DNA from: an uncultured Acidobacteriaceae bacterium
Lineage (GTDB): Bacteria > Acidobacteriota > Terriglobia > Terriglobales > Acidobacteriaceae
Direction: 5' to 3'
DNA: 64,000 nt
Assembly (NCBI GenBank): GCA_964252445.1
Contig: CAXUND010000002.1
Span: forward strand, 20,803 to 84,802
Positions 28,471 through 38,541 of this stretch are shown here, piece after piece. The first letter of the stretch is position 1; the number at the start of each line of letters is the position of its first letter. A model generated the notes under the pieces. That model did not search any database. It was not told the origin of the DNA and was given only the letters and a program-made list of their open reading frames with translations. Both the position numbers and the translations under genes were made by a program.

Positions 28471-29709
28471 GTGCGCGTAGGACTGATGACACGAGAGTAC
28501 CCGCCGAATGTCTATGGCGGGGCAGGCGTTCATGTTGAATACCTGAGCAAGGAGCTCGCGAAGCTGATTGAGGTTGAGGTCCACTGCTGGGGTACGCAGC
28601 ACCTGGACGAGGGCAACCTGCATGTGCGTGGCGGCGAGCCGTGGAAGCAGATCACCGACGGTCCGACGGAGAAGTTCAAGACGGCGCTTGAGACGCTCTC
28701 GTTGAACATCGGCCAGATGCAGGCGATCGCCGGAACGGCGGATGCAAAGGCCAGCATCGACATCGTCCACACCCATACCTGGTACGTCTCGATGGCCGGC
28801 TTCCTGGCCAAGAAGCTCTTCAACATCCCCTTTGTGCTGACCACCCACTCGCTTGAGCCGCTGCGGGCGTGGAAGGCGGAGCAGCTGGGCTCGGGCTACG
28901 CGATGAGCTCGTGGATGGAACGCACCGCGGTGCTCGACGCGGACGCGGTGATCGCGGTATCGCAGGGCACGCGGGCTGACATCCTGCGCGCGTACCCGGA
29001 GATCGATCCGGCGAAGATCCACGTGATCTACAACGGCATCGACCTGGCTGAGTACCAGAAGACTATGGCGACGGACGCGCTGGTCAAGTACGGCGTCGAC
29101 CCGGCTGCGCCCTACGTGCTGTTTGTCGGGCGGATCACGCGGCAGAAGGGTGTGACGCACCTGGTCGAAGCCATCGCGCACCTGCCCGCGGACACGCAGG
29201 TGGTGCTCTGCGCGGGCGCGCCCGATACACCGGAGATCGCCTCCGAGATGCGCGAGAAGGTCGAGGCCGCGCGCGCCACGCACCCCAACGTCGTCTGGAT
29301 TGAAAAGATGGTCACCAAGCCCGAGGCTATCGAGCTCTACAGCAACTGCGCCGTCTTCTGCTGCCCTTCAGTCTATGAGCCGTTCGGCATCATCAACCTG
29401 GAGGCGATGGCCTGCCGCGCGCCGGTGGTGGCGAGTGCGACGGGGGGGATTCTTGAAGTAGTGGTCGATGGAGAGACGGGATACCTGGTTCCGTTCGAGC
29501 AGGATCCGGTTACGACGTTCCCGTCGGACCCGGCGCAGTTCGCTCGCGACCTAGCCGCGAAGATCGCCGCGCTGCTGGATGAGCCCGATAAGGCCAAGCG
29601 CTTCGGCGAGGCCGGGCGCAGGCGCGTCGAGGAGACGTTTGCCTGGTCGGCCATTGCGCAGCAGACGCTCGATCTGTACAGGACTTTAATCGCTGGCGGA
29701 CAGTCGTAA
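28471..29709 (+). CDS. GT4 glycosyltransferase, Corynebacterium-type glycogen synthase / maltose-1-phosphate synthase-like
   Basis: VRVGLMTREYPPNVYGGAGVHVEYLSKEL N-terminus and a GT4 C-terminal EPFGIINLEAMA motif. GTG 28471 follows AGGAG. The ORF track starts at GTG 28453. Confidence 0.8.
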   Translation: MRVGLMTREYPPNVYGGAGVHVEYLSKELAKLIEVEVHCWGTQHLDEGNLHVRGGEPWKQITDGPTEKFKTALETLSLNIGQMQAIAGTADAKASIDIVHTHTWYVSMAGFLAKKLFNIPFVLTTHSLEPLRAWKAEQLGSGYAMSSWMERTAVLDADAVIAVSQGTRADILRAYPEIDPAKIHVIYNGIDLAEYQKTMATDALVKYGVDPAAPYVLFVGRITRQKGVTHLVEAIAHLPADTQVVLCAGAPDTPEIASEMREKVEAARATHPNVVWIEKMVTKPEAIELYSNCAVFCCPSVYEPFGIINLEAMACRAPVVASATGGILEVVVDGETGYLVPFEQDPVTTFPSDPAQFARDLAAKIAALLDEPDKAKRFGEAGRRRVEETFAWSAIAQQTLDLYRTLIAGGQS

Positions 29710-29832
29710 CCGCAGTGTCATCCTGAACGATCGTGCTGTCATTGTGAAGGCTTTTCATCCTCAATCAAGTCAAGTCAGCATTGCCGCACCTTCCAGCACC
29801 ACTCGCCCATCGAATCGAGCGAGAGGATATAC

Positions 29833-30825
29833 ATGTCCAAAGCAGTTGTTTTCCACGAGCTCGGCGGTCCTGAGGTCCTAAAGCTTGAAGAAGCGCCTAC
29901 CCGCGAACCAGGCCCGAATGAAGTGAAGCTGCGCGTGCAGGCCGTGGGCCTGAACCGCGCGGAGCTGATGTATGTTGGCGGCCACTACTTTGAGCAGCCG
30001 TCCCTGCCCTCGCGGCTCGGCTACGAGGCTGCGGGCGTGGTCGAAGCGGTCGGCCCGGGCGTTGACCAAAGTTGGGTGGGCAAGCAGGTGGCAACCATGC
30101 CCGGCTACTCCATGAACAAGTACGGCGCACTGGCCGAGGAAGCGATTGTGCCCCTGAGCTCGATCAGTGAGTATCCGGCGAAGCTCTCGCCCATCGAAGG
30201 CGCGGCCATCTGGATGAAGTACGGCACCGCTTATGGCGCGCTGGTGATGCATGCAAAGCTCGGCCCTGGGGACTACGTTCTCATCACCGCCGCCTCAAGC
30301 AGCGTGGGCCTTGCCGCTATCCAGATCGCGAAGGCCGAAGGTGCGAAGTCGATTGCGACTACCCGTACTTCAACCAAGCGCGATGAACTGCTGGCGCTCG
30401 GCGCAGACTTCGTCATCGCGAGCGAGGAAGAAGACCTGCCTGCGCGGGTGGCGGAGATCACAGCAGGCAAGGGCGCGCGGGTGATCTTTGACCCGATCGG
30501 CGGTCCGTTCATCGAGACCCTGGCTGCGGCGGCCGCTCCAGGTGGGCTTATCTTCGAGTATGGGGCGCTTGCCATGCAGCCGACGCCGTTTCCAGTGCGC
30601 GCAGCCATGGGCAAGGGACTGAGCGTTATAGGCTACACGCTGATGGAAGTCGCCACTGATCCGGAGAAGCTCAAGTCCTGCCTCGACTACATCAGCAGGA
30701 GGCTGGAAGATGGCCGCTTTCGCCCGCATATCGCCAAGACGTTCCCATTTGCGCAGAGCGTGGAGGCTTACCAGTACCTGGCCTCGAATGCGCAGGTGGG
30801 CAAGGTAGTCATCACGGTGCCGTAA
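29833..30825 (+). CDS. MDR-superfamily NADPH:quinone oxidoreductase / zinc-type alcohol dehydrogenase-like
   Basis: 330 aa with a GroES-like N-terminus and a Rossmann motif ITAASSSVGLAAIQIAK. Confidence 0.85.
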   Translation: MSKAVVFHELGGPEVLKLEEAPTREPGPNEVKLRVQAVGLNRAELMYVGGHYFEQPSLPSRLGYEAAGVVEAVGPGVDQSWVGKQVATMPGYSMNKYGALAEEAIVPLSSISEYPAKLSPIEGAAIWMKYGTAYGALVMHAKLGPGDYVLITAASSSVGLAAIQIAKAEGAKSIATTRTSTKRDELLALGADFVIASEEEDLPARVAEITAGKGARVIFDPIGGPFIETLAAAAAPGGLIFEYGALAMQPTPFPVRAAMGKGLSVIGYTLMEVATDPEKLKSCLDYISRRLEDGRFRPHIAKTFPFAQSVEAYQYLASNAQVGKVVITVP

Positions 30826-30899
30826 GCCTCGACTAACTGCTGCGGCGTTCCACAAAACATGGGGAAGAAGCTCCCCGGCGGCGGTGCTAGCCTCTATCC

Positions 30900-31349
30900 A
30901 TGACGGCTGAGCAGCAGCGCATGCTTGCCATCGCGCTGGAGCAGGCGCGCATCGGGCTCGCGGAGGGCGGAGTTCCCGTTGGGGGCGCCATCTTTCGCGT
31001 GGACGGAACCCTTCTCGGCGCCGGGCGCAACCGCCTGGTGCAGGAGGGTAACTGCTCCCTGCATGGAGAGACGGACGCTTTTCGCGCCGCCGGCCGAAGA
31101 CCACACTGGCAGGACACGATCCTGGTCACGACGCTTGCGCCCTGCCTGTATTGCACCGGACTCATCCACCAGTTCCGCTTCCGACAGGTGCTGGTCGGCG
31201 ACTGCGTGAATGCTCAGGGCGGCGTCTCCTGGTTGCGGGCGCAAGGCTTCGACATCGTTGACCTGCATTCGGCGCCGTGCATTGAACTGATAGCAGCGTT
31301 CCAGCGCGAGCATCCGGAGCTCTGGAAGGAGTGCATCGGTGAACCGTAA
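30900..31349 (+). CDS. CMP/dCMP-type zinc deaminase (FCY1-like cytosine/nucleoside deaminase)
   Basis: 149 aa with the H-x-E (LHGETDAF) and PC-x2-C (APCLYCTG) zinc motifs. Confidence 0.8.
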   Translation: MTAEQQRMLAIALEQARIGLAEGGVPVGGAIFRVDGTLLGAGRNRLVQEGNCSLHGETDAFRAAGRRPHWQDTILVTTLAPCLYCTGLIHQFRFRQVLVGDCVNAQGGVSWLRAQGFDIVDLHSAPCIELIAAFQREHPELWKECIGEP

Positions 31350-31625
31350 GACGGTTTGCCGCCGCGCTCATCTTCCTTCATCGCGCTCCGCCCAGGCTTG
31401 TGATATGCCCGACTCTTTCGGCATAGAGGCGCAGCAGCACACCCCCGCCACCCCCCGGGTCGATCGTCTGCCGCATCGTGGCACAGGCACCTTGGTGGCG
31501 CTGCAATCGCCGATGTTCGAGCTTGACGAGGGTGGCACGTAAACGTCACCAAGCGCATACGGCTGTTCTTGATGGTTAGCGCATACGAACGGTAAGTCTC
31601 AATGCACGCATGTGTTTGTCACCCA

Positions 31626-32639
31626 TCAGTCGGCAAGAATGCCGATGGACCTGAACCAGGCTTCGACTAACTGAGGCCACGCCGTTGCCGGAAGACTGGT
31701 TCGCCGGAGGCCGAATGCATGGCCGCCCTCGGCATACAAGTGCATCTCGACAGCAACGCCCGCGTTCTTCAGCGCTATGTAGTAGGCGAGCGAGTCGTTG
31801 ACGCTGTCCACGTGGTCGTCTTCGTTTTGCAGCAGAAAAGTGGGCGGCGTCTGGCGGGTGACGGGAACAGCGGGATTGAGCGTCAGCTGACGGTCGGCTG
31901 TCGGCGCGTGCGGCACCGTGAAGTGTCCCGACCCTTGCCGAGCATCCCACTCGGCTGCGGCGAGTGAGAGGTGGCCTGGGTAGATGGCAATGGCAAAATC
32001 CGGGCGGCAGCTTTGCCCGTCCGCGGCGTCGACCGCCGGGTAAAGCCGACGATCGAAATGTGTGCTGATCGCGGCCACCATGTGCCCGCCGGCTGAAAAT
32101 CCGATGACCCCGATCTTACGCGGGTCAACGTGCCACTCCGCGGCGTGAGCGCGCACCAGGCCAAGCGTCCTCTGAGCATCCTCAAGCGCGATCGGCGACT
32201 CCGGATACGGGCCTGACTTGGGGTAGGCTGACTTCGGATAGCGTTCCTCACCCGGCACGCGGTACTTCAGCAGTACGCAGGTTATGCCGCGGGAGACAAG
32301 CCAGTCGCATACTTCTGTGCCTTCCAGATCGATGGCCAGGACTTCGTAGCCGCCGCCGGGAAAGATCACTACTGCCGCGCCCGTGTTCTTTCCTGCAGGC
32401 GAGTAGACGGTCATTGTGGGCTGGGAGACCCTCTCTACCGACACCCATGGTCTGCCCGCAACCATGTCACTGTTGCCTGCAGTGACCGCGAACTCCGGGC
32501 CTGCAACCGGCTGCGGATCCGGAGCCTGCCCAGGCCAGATCGGTATTTGTGCATGACCAGGCGAGGGCTGCCAGGATTTCTGGGCATTGCCGTGCCCGGA
32601 TTCGAGAACAAGAAGCAGGGCAAGTATCAGGATTTTCAT
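31626..32639 (-). CDS. secreted alpha/beta hydrolase (esterase/lipase-like)
   Basis: ATG at 32639 gives the signal peptide MKILILALLLVL. The GxSxG nucleophile elbow is GFSAGGH, and VIFPGGGY is an oxyanion-type motif. Confidence 0.75.
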   Translation of the reverse strand: MKILILALLLVLESGHGNAQKSWQPSPGHAQIPIWPGQAPDPQPVAGPEFAVTAGNSDMVAGRPWVSVERVSQPTMTVYSPAGKNTGAAVVIFPGGGYEVLAIDLEGTEVCDWLVSRGITCVLLKYRVPGEERYPKSAYPKSGPYPESPIALEDAQRTLGLVRAHAAEWHVDPRKIGVIGFSAGGHMVAAISTHFDRRLYPAVDAADGQSCRPDFAIAIYPGHLSLAAAEWDARQGSGHFTVPHAPTADRQLTLNPAVPVTRQTPPTFLLQNEDDHVDSVNDSLAYYIALKNAGVAVEMHLYAEGGHAFGLRRTSLPATAWPQLVEAWFRSIGILAD

Positions 32640-32787
32640 GGCTGTCTTCGGAGTGTTCCATAGCCGGCTTCGCACTGGTGCGCGGGGATCAAACCTCGAG
32701 AGCGAAGAGAATCGTCTCGATCAACAGGGCAGCCGCCGCGCCGAGCCAGGCCGACAGAGCGAACAGCCCCGTGTGTTCAAATAGAGG

Positions 32788-33816
32788 GTGATGTCCTCTG
32801 CACGCAAACTCTCGCCGCGCCAGCGTATGAAGGCAGTGACGCGCAAACTGCGCGAGCTCTCCGCCGTCGGACGGGCGCTCGCGTTTACCGGTCACCCGGT
32901 GATGGCGCAGATTGTCCCCGCGCGCTTCTGCAATCTGTCCTGCGCCTATTGCAACGAGTATGACAAGGTCTCGCCGCCGGTGCCGATCGAGGAGATGCTG
33001 CGGCGTATCGACCATCTGGGGCGCCTGGGCACGTCCATCATCACCGTCTCGGGTGGCGAGCCGCTGACGCATCCTGATCTCGACCAGGTGATCGGGCGCA
33101 TCCGCAAGCACGGGGCCATCGCCGGCATGATCACCAATGGCTATCTGCTGATGCCGGAACGGATCAAGCGGCTGAACCAGGCCGGGCTGGATCACATGCA
33201 GATTTCGATCGACAATGTGAATCCCGACGAGACCTCGAAGAAGAGCCTGAAGGTTCTAGACAAGAAGCTCCAGATGCTGGCGGAACATGCCGAGTTCCAC
33301 GTGAACATCAATTCAGTGGTCGGTGGTGGCATCAAGAATCCTCAGGATGCGATCACCGTGGGCCGGCGCGCGCTCGAGCTCGGTTTTACCTCGACCATCG
33401 GCATCATCCATGACGACGATGGACAGTTGAAGCCGCTTGGCGGCGAGGAGCGTCGTGTATGGGCGGAGATGCGCGGCTGGAAGAAGAAGAACTACTCTCA
33501 GTTCAACGCCTTTCAGGAAGCGATAGCCAATGCGCAGCCCAATGACTGGCGGTGTCGGGCCGGCTCCCGCTACCTATACATCTGCGAGAACGGCCTGGTG
33601 CACTATTGCTCGCAGCAGCGCGGCTTTCCGGGGGTTCCGCTGGCTGAGTACACCAAGGCCGATCTGGCGCGCGAGTACCTGACCGAAAAAACCTGTGCGC
33701 CCAACTGCACCATCAGCTGCGTGCACCAGATTTCGCACATAGATCACTGGCGTTCGCCGCAGACCTCGCGCACCTCGCCCGGAGCGCCCGAAGGACTGGT
33801 CAAGATTCAGCTATAG
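32788..33816 (+). CDS. radical SAM protein with C-terminal Cys cluster (subfamily unknown)
   Basis: CNLSCAYC (Cx3Cx2C) near the N-terminus, the GGEPL motif, and C-terminal cysteines (CRAGSRYLYICENGLVHYC ... CAPNCTISC). The start is GTG 32788 or ATG 32791. Confidence 0.8.
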   Translation: MMSSARKLSPRQRMKAVTRKLRELSAVGRALAFTGHPVMAQIVPARFCNLSCAYCNEYDKVSPPVPIEEMLRRIDHLGRLGTSIITVSGGEPLTHPDLDQVIGRIRKHGAIAGMITNGYLLMPERIKRLNQAGLDHMQISIDNVNPDETSKKSLKVLDKKLQMLAEHAEFHVNINSVVGGGIKNPQDAITVGRRALELGFTSTIGIIHDDDGQLKPLGGEERRVWAEMRGWKKKNYSQFNAFQEAIANAQPNDWRCRAGSRYLYICENGLVHYCSQQRGFPGVPLAEYTKADLAREYLTEKTCAPNCTISCVHQISHIDHWRSPQTSRTSPGAPEGLVKIQL

Positions 33817-34039
33817 CGATGCGCGCGCCCGAAGTCCCGGATCTCGCCGCGGCCACGAAGCCTCTGGACATCACTGAACTTACAGCTAAATGCAGGTGCG
33901 GAGCACCCTGATTTGGCGTGATAAGACGATCCGAGTTGGTGGACCGAGAGGGCCGCGGTATACGCAGAAACTGTTTCCTGCCGGCCGCCGTGGTCCACCA
34001 CGAAAACCGGGAAGCTCTAGTTGCCAGTGTGGAGGGGAA

Positions 34040-34426
34040 TCACTCCCCGCCACCCTCATCCTCCTTCTTCTCCGGCTGCTTTTCCTGCTTGGTCTTCCAG
34101 AAGGATTGCTGCATTCGCGCCTGGTCGACGGCCTCCCAACTCATCAGTCGCTGCCGTGCCTCCGCGTGCGTAATCTCCTCTACCCCGGTAGTCTCAAGCA
34201 GTCGCACCTGGTGCCAGGGATAGAGGCGCGGACCTCTCAGCAGGAACCCTGACTGGGCCCAGCCCTCGACCAGCTCCGAGACCTTCGCCTTCACATCCTG
34301 CTCGTCGACAAACGGGTATAGTTCGAAGCCGTCGCCAGTGAGAAGGTGCACCGTCACGTGCGCGATCAGGATTGTCTTTGGTCCTTCGTTCGTCTGCGCG
34401 CCAGATTCCTTGTCCTCGTCTGCCAT
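34040..34426 (-). CDS. hypothetical protein with acidic and Lys-rich termini
   Basis: 128-aa ORF with an SD-like AAGGGGA upstream. It is last in the co-directional otsB-otsA-FUSC run. No recognisable motif. Confidence 0.45.
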   Translation of the reverse strand: MADEDKESGAQTNEGPKTILIAHVTVHLLTGDGFELYPFVDEQDVKAKVSELVEGWAQSGFLLRGPRLYPWHQVRLLETTGVEEITHAEARQRLMSWEAVDQARMQQSFWKTKQEKQPEKKEDEGGGE

Positions 34427-34479
34427 CGTATGTCTTTCCCCTTTGTGGTCTCAGATGCACGTGAGGGCGGCTGGTCGCA

Positions 34480-35766
34480 TCATCCTTTCGCCAGAGCCTG
34501 CGTACTCTTGCGGGCTACGGCTAGGCGGTGATGGATCACGACCAGCCGCACCGCCAGCGCCAGCCCGCCGCCGAGCACCGTACAGATGGCCCGCCGCCGC
34601 GCGATGTCCGACCCGGGCACGTTGTTGAGCGACAGCAGCATAACGATGTAGCTAGTTAGGCACAGACTGAACAGGGCATAGTTCACGTTCACCGTGCTAT
34701 AGGCCAGCCAGGCAAAGATCACGGTGAACAAGGCGAGGGCAACCGGCGCCGGATGCGTGTAAGCCAGAAACATGCTTGCCAGCACCGCTCCGGCGAGCGT
34801 GCCTACTGTACGCGCGATAGCGCGGTTAGCGGTATCGGAAAGGCCGGGCCGCAGCACCAGCAGGGCGGTCATCGGGATCCAGTAGCCGCTGGCGAAATGA
34901 GTCAGCCTGTAGACCTCGGTACTGAGACCCAGCACCACCGCCAGCCGCAGGGCATAGGGCACGGGCGAGTCCTTCAGGCTGCCTTGACGAAGGGTCATCA
35001 TCGCGATGCGGTAGGTCTCGCGTAGCGCTTCTTCCTCTTCACGCAGGTACCGGGCAAAGGCGAGGATGTTCCTCGACAACTCATGGAAGAGCCGCAGCAG
35101 CGCCGCGGAAACCAGCACTTGCACCATGGCTCCGGCCAAGATGAGGCTCGCCCGCACGGCTGCATCTCTGGGTGCGAAAGGAAACGCCGAGGCGACCAGC
35201 ATCATGACCGTGCACTGCTGGCCCACCCAGCTGAACCCGGCCGCCCGTGCTGACAGCATGCCGTAGCCGAAGCCGAAGCCGGCGGCGATCAGCACCAGTC
35301 CGAAGCCTTGATGCCCGGCCACCATGCCGATGAAGGTGGAGAAGGAGATGCCGATCGCGCACAGCATCATGGGCAGCAGGCGCGACTTATCGATGATGTG
35401 CTTCGCGCCGAAGCCGGTGGTCATTGCTCCGCTGGCGGCAATCATCCCGGCTGCCGCGTGGCCGGCAAGCAGCCCCACGCTCAGGCACAGCGCAATGGCT
35501 GCGACGAACAGAATGTCCGTCTTGAAGGTTCCCTCATCCCAGCGAAAGACGTAACTGTCACTGAGCAGGCGCGCGGTAATAGCCTTCTGCTGCGCTGTGG
35601 GCTGCGGGTCTGTCGCCCCTACCGCGGCTGCATGCGCCTGCCGGATTGTCTTCGCCGCCTCGCGCCCGCGTTCGATCGTGCTCACCGCACTGTCGGCGGC
35701 GTCCCGCTTAATCAGCACTCGCGCCTGTCCTCTCCGGCTCCCGCGTTTCGTCGCTTGCACCCACAA
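34480..35766 (-). CDS. FUSC family (fusaric-acid-resistance-like / aromatic acid exporter-like) membrane protein
   Basis: Polytopic membrane protein with a duplicated TM bundle. The start is uncertain: the ORF-track TTG at 35766 overlaps the otsA 3' end by 59 nt. Confidence 0.65.
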   Translation of the reverse strand: MWVQATKRGSRRGQARVLIKRDAADSAVSTIERGREAAKTIRQAHAAAVGATDPQPTAQQKAITARLLSDSYVFRWDEGTFKTDILFVAAIALCLSVGLLAGHAAAGMIAASGAMTTGFGAKHIIDKSRLLPMMLCAIGISFSTFIGMVAGHQGFGLVLIAAGFGFGYGMLSARAAGFSWVGQQCTVMMLVASAFPFAPRDAAVRASLILAGAMVQVLVSAALLRLFHELSRNILAFARYLREEEEALRETYRIAMMTLRQGSLKDSPVPYALRLAVVLGLSTEVYRLTHFASGYWIPMTALLVLRPGLSDTANRAIARTVGTLAGAVLASMFLAYTHPAPVALALFTVIFAWLAYSTVNVNYALFSLCLTSYIVMLLSLNNVPGSDIARRRAICTVLGGGLALAVRLVVIHHRLAVARKSTQALAKG

Positions 35767-37153
35767 AAGCCTGGAGCCAGGCGCCCAGGTGCGCCCGGCG
35801 CACCTGCGAACGGAGCTTCAGCATTCGCCGCCGTTGCTCCGGCTGATCCATTGCGAGCGACTTTGCCAGCACGTCGGCAACTTCCTGGTGGTCGTAGGGA
35901 TTGACCAGCAGCGCGCCCACCTTCAGCTCCGGTGCCGCCCCCGCAAATTCGCTCAGCACCAGGATGCCGTCATTCTCCTGGCGGCAGGCACAGTACTCCT
36001 TGGCCACCAGGTTCATGCCGTCCTTCAGGGGAGTGATTAGGGCCACGTTGGACGTTCGATAGAGCGCCAGCAGCTCCGTTCGTGGAAGCGCGCGGTGGAT
36101 GTAATTGATCGGCACCCAGCCCGGCTCTGCATACTCGCCGTTGACCTGAGTGACCAGCCGCTCGATCTCGGCCTTCAAGACCTGGTAGCCGGGGATGTTC
36201 TCGCGGCTCGGGACTGCAACCTGCACCAGGCAGGTCCTTCGGTGAAACTCGGGATGCTGCTTAAGGAACAGCCCGAAGGCTTTCAGCCGCTCCGGAATAC
36301 CTTTGGTGTAGTCGAGCCGATCAATGCCGAGGATGATCTTCACGTCGCGGAAATGCTGCTTCAACTCGGTGACCCGGCGGCGCACCTCGTCTGCGTCGGA
36401 AGCCTTGCGGAAATCCTCATAGTCGATGCTGATCGGGAACGCACCGACTACTGTCCGATGACGCCCGTGAACCACGGTTCGGCGGTCGCCCTCACGCTCC
36501 ACGGATAGATTGGGAATGAACGCCCGCAGGCAGGCGATGAAGTTTCTCTGGTCGCGCTGCGTCTGCAGCCCTACCAGATCATGCGCAAGCAGTCCTTCAA
36601 GCACCGCCTGCCGCCAGGGAAGCTTTTCGAAGATGTCGGGCGGCGGAAACGGGATGTGTAGAAAAAAGGCCAGCTTGGCTTTCGGTATTTTTCTGCGCAG
36701 GATCGGGGCGACCTGCATCAGCTGGTAATCGTTGATCCAGATGAGCGAATTCTTGTTGGCGATGCGAACGGCGGAGGCCGCAAACTTGGCGTTGACCTTG
36801 AGGTAAAACTCCCAGTAGCCGGGATCGAAGTTGCAGCGCGACTGCAGGTCATGGAAGAGCGGCCAGACGATCTCGTTCGAGAAGCCCTCGTAAAATTTAG
36901 CCTGCTCCTCGGGAGTTAGAAAGAGCGGCTCGTAGCGGTAGTGGTGTTCTTTCGAAAGTTTCGACAGCTCATCGGCGATGCGTGGATCTTCGTCGGTGCC
37001 GGCGGCGCCTACCCAGACGCCGCCATGCTCCTGCAGCAAGGGTTCGAGCGCGGTGACCAGTCCTCCGCTGGAGGCTTTAACGTGCAGCTGGTCGCCCTGC
37101 TTTTCAAACGACAAGGGCAGCCGGTTTGAGATGATCACCAGTTCGCGATTCAT
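35708..37153 (-). CDS. otsA: alpha,alpha-trehalose-phosphate synthase (GT20)
   Basis: The ATG at 37153 forms an ATGA overlap with the otsB stop. N-terminus [22 protein letters not shown], with GT20-wide similarity. Confidence 0.9.
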   Translation of the reverse strand: MNRELVIISNRLPLSFEKQGDQLHVKASSGGLVTALEPLLQEHGGVWVGAAGTDEDPRIADELSKLSKEHHYRYEPLFLTPEEQAKFYEGFSNEIVWPLFHDLQSRCNFDPGYWEFYLKVNAKFAASAVRIANKNSLIWINDYQLMQVAPILRRKIPKAKLAFFLHIPFPPPDIFEKLPWRQAVLEGLLAHDLVGLQTQRDQRNFIACLRAFIPNLSVEREGDRRTVVHGRHRTVVGAFPISIDYEDFRKASDADEVRRRVTELKQHFRDVKIILGIDRLDYTKGIPERLKAFGLFLKQHPEFHRRTCLVQVAVPSRENIPGYQVLKAEIERLVTQVNGEYAEPGWVPINYIHRALPRTELLALYRTSNVALITPLKDGMNLVAKEYCACRQENDGILVLSEFAGAAPELKVGALLVNPYDHQEVADVLAKSLAMDQPEQRRRMLKLRSQVRRAHLGAWLQAFVGASDETREPERTGASAD

Positions 37154-37998
37154 CCTCGACCCTCCTCGATAGCGTCCAGCCACTCGTCCAGGAAGCGGAG
37201 CAACTCTGTGGGCGGTCGCAGCCACGCATTTGCGCTCGTTGGCCGCGGCTCACCTCGGACCAGCAGAGACAGGCCGCGCCCTGCGAGTGCGCGAAAGGCA
37301 TCTTCGTCGGTGGTGTCGTCCCCAAGGTAGGCGACGGCTGTAGTCGCCGGTTCTGACGCGAGCACCGCGTCCACTGCGTGCGCCTTGGTGCGGTCTGCCA
37401 CTCGCAGCTCCATTCCGGACTCAAAGGGCATGACGGCAAAAGCTGCATGGCCGGCATGCGCGGTGAAAATCTCGCGGGCGATATGTTCAAAGGCGCGCGC
37501 CGCAATGGCATTGAGATTGCGCCAGTGCACGGCCACGCTGGCCGTCTTACGCTCTACCTCCTTCAGGTATCCGGCTGCATGGAGGGCTGCCGCGACGCGA
37601 TCGAGCGCGGCCACCGCTTCGTCATCGGCCTTGAACAGCTCGTAGGAGCCGTCAGCGGCGCGATGTTCCCGGCCGTGCGAGCCCCAGACCTCGATCTCCG
37701 AGGCGAGCGGCATCAGCGTCAGAAGCTCCCGCAGCGGGCGGCCGGAAACCAGCGCCAGGCTCGTCTTCCCGGCATGCATGCGCTCCAGTCGCTCAGATAC
37801 GCCCGGATACGGCAGCGCTTGCATTTTGTCTGCCATAAACGGGGCGAGCGTCCCATCGTAGTCACAGATCAGGAGCGGCCGCCGGGCTGCCCGCAGGCTG
37901 TCCAGGAACTGACCGCGTGCTGACATACACTCTGTAAACCACGCCGGCGGCGTCTCGGCATCGGTCATCGCTTCAGTCAACATGGTCGCTTGAATCAT
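37150..37998 (-). CDS. otsB: trehalose-phosphatase (HAD-IIB)
   Basis: The DYDGTL HAD motif I (LLICDYDGTLAPF) and LGDDTTDEDAF motif IV. Translationally coupled to otsA. Confidence 0.85.
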   Translation of the reverse strand: MIQATMLTEAMTDAETPPAWFTECMSARGQFLDSLRAARRPLLICDYDGTLAPFMADKMQALPYPGVSERLERMHAGKTSLALVSGRPLRELLTLMPLASEIEVWGSHGREHRAADGSYELFKADDEAVAALDRVAAALHAAGYLKEVERKTASVAVHWRNLNAIAARAFEHIAREIFTAHAGHAAFAVMPFESGMELRVADRTKAHAVDAVLASEPATTAVAYLGDDTTDEDAFRALAGRGLSLLVRGEPRPTSANAWLRPPTELLRFLDEWLDAIEEGRG

Positions 37999-38082
37999 CT
38001 GTATCGCTTGCGGTCCCCTTGGACGTAGATGCTGCTTTCTCCCCGCATGAACTACCCACCGGATTACGGAAGGGTCCTGCGG

Positions 38083-38541
38083 TCACCCGCGCAGCCTGGA
38101 ATCGTAGAGCGGCGTCTCCGCGGAGATGACTCGGATGCGCGCCGCGTCCCGGTGGCGCGGGTTCAGCAGCCAGTTCCAGGTCTCCGGCGTGAGCACGGAA
38201 GGCACTCGCAGCAGGGCTGTCCGCCCCTGTTCGAGCCACTCGTCTCCTATCGCGCGAGTGGCCGCCTCGTCGGACTTCCACGCGGCCGGAAGATCGCGGA
38301 TCTCGATCCCTTCCACATCGATCGCCGGTGCCACTTCGATCTTCAGCATCTGGTAGGATCGCGGACGGTCTTCCTCGTCGAGCTCCAGATGAACCAGGTT
38401 CTCGAGCAGTGCGGAAGAGGGGTTCTCTGCCAGGTAGACCACCGGACGCCCCGCTGTGTGCCAACGCGCCGAGGCTACCATGCCGCCTGTGCCTGTCAGA
38501 TCAGGATAGTTGCTGACCCTCCACAAAAGCGCCGGGGTCAA
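38083..38541 (-). CDS. RES domain toxin (NAD+-degrading type II TA toxin family)
   Basis: 152 aa with ARWHTAGRPVVYLAENPSSALLE and LRVPSV, carrying the R, E and S residues of the RES domain. A 4-nt overlap joins it to the upstream antitoxin gene. Confidence 0.85.
   Translation of the reverse strand: MTPALLWRVSNYPDLTGTGGMVASARWHTAGRPVVYLAENPSSALLENLVHLELDEEDRPRSYQMLKIEVAPAIDVEGIEIRDLPAAWKSDEAATRAIGDEWLEQGRTALLRVPSVLTPETWNWLLNPRHRDAARIRVISAETPLYDSRLRG

Noticed and set aside
31350-31625. 277-bp gap after the deaminase gene containing a short direct repeat AGCGCATACG (31551 and 31577) as an sRNA or degraded gene
   Set aside because: The repeat is only 10 nt, and I found no convincing hairpin, promoter, terminator or protein-like frame. 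The evidence is too weak to report.
32689-33195. 168-aa minus-strand ORF overlapping the radical SAM gene
   Set aside because: It is antisense to a CDS with a clear Cx3Cx2C motif and has shadow-frame composition.
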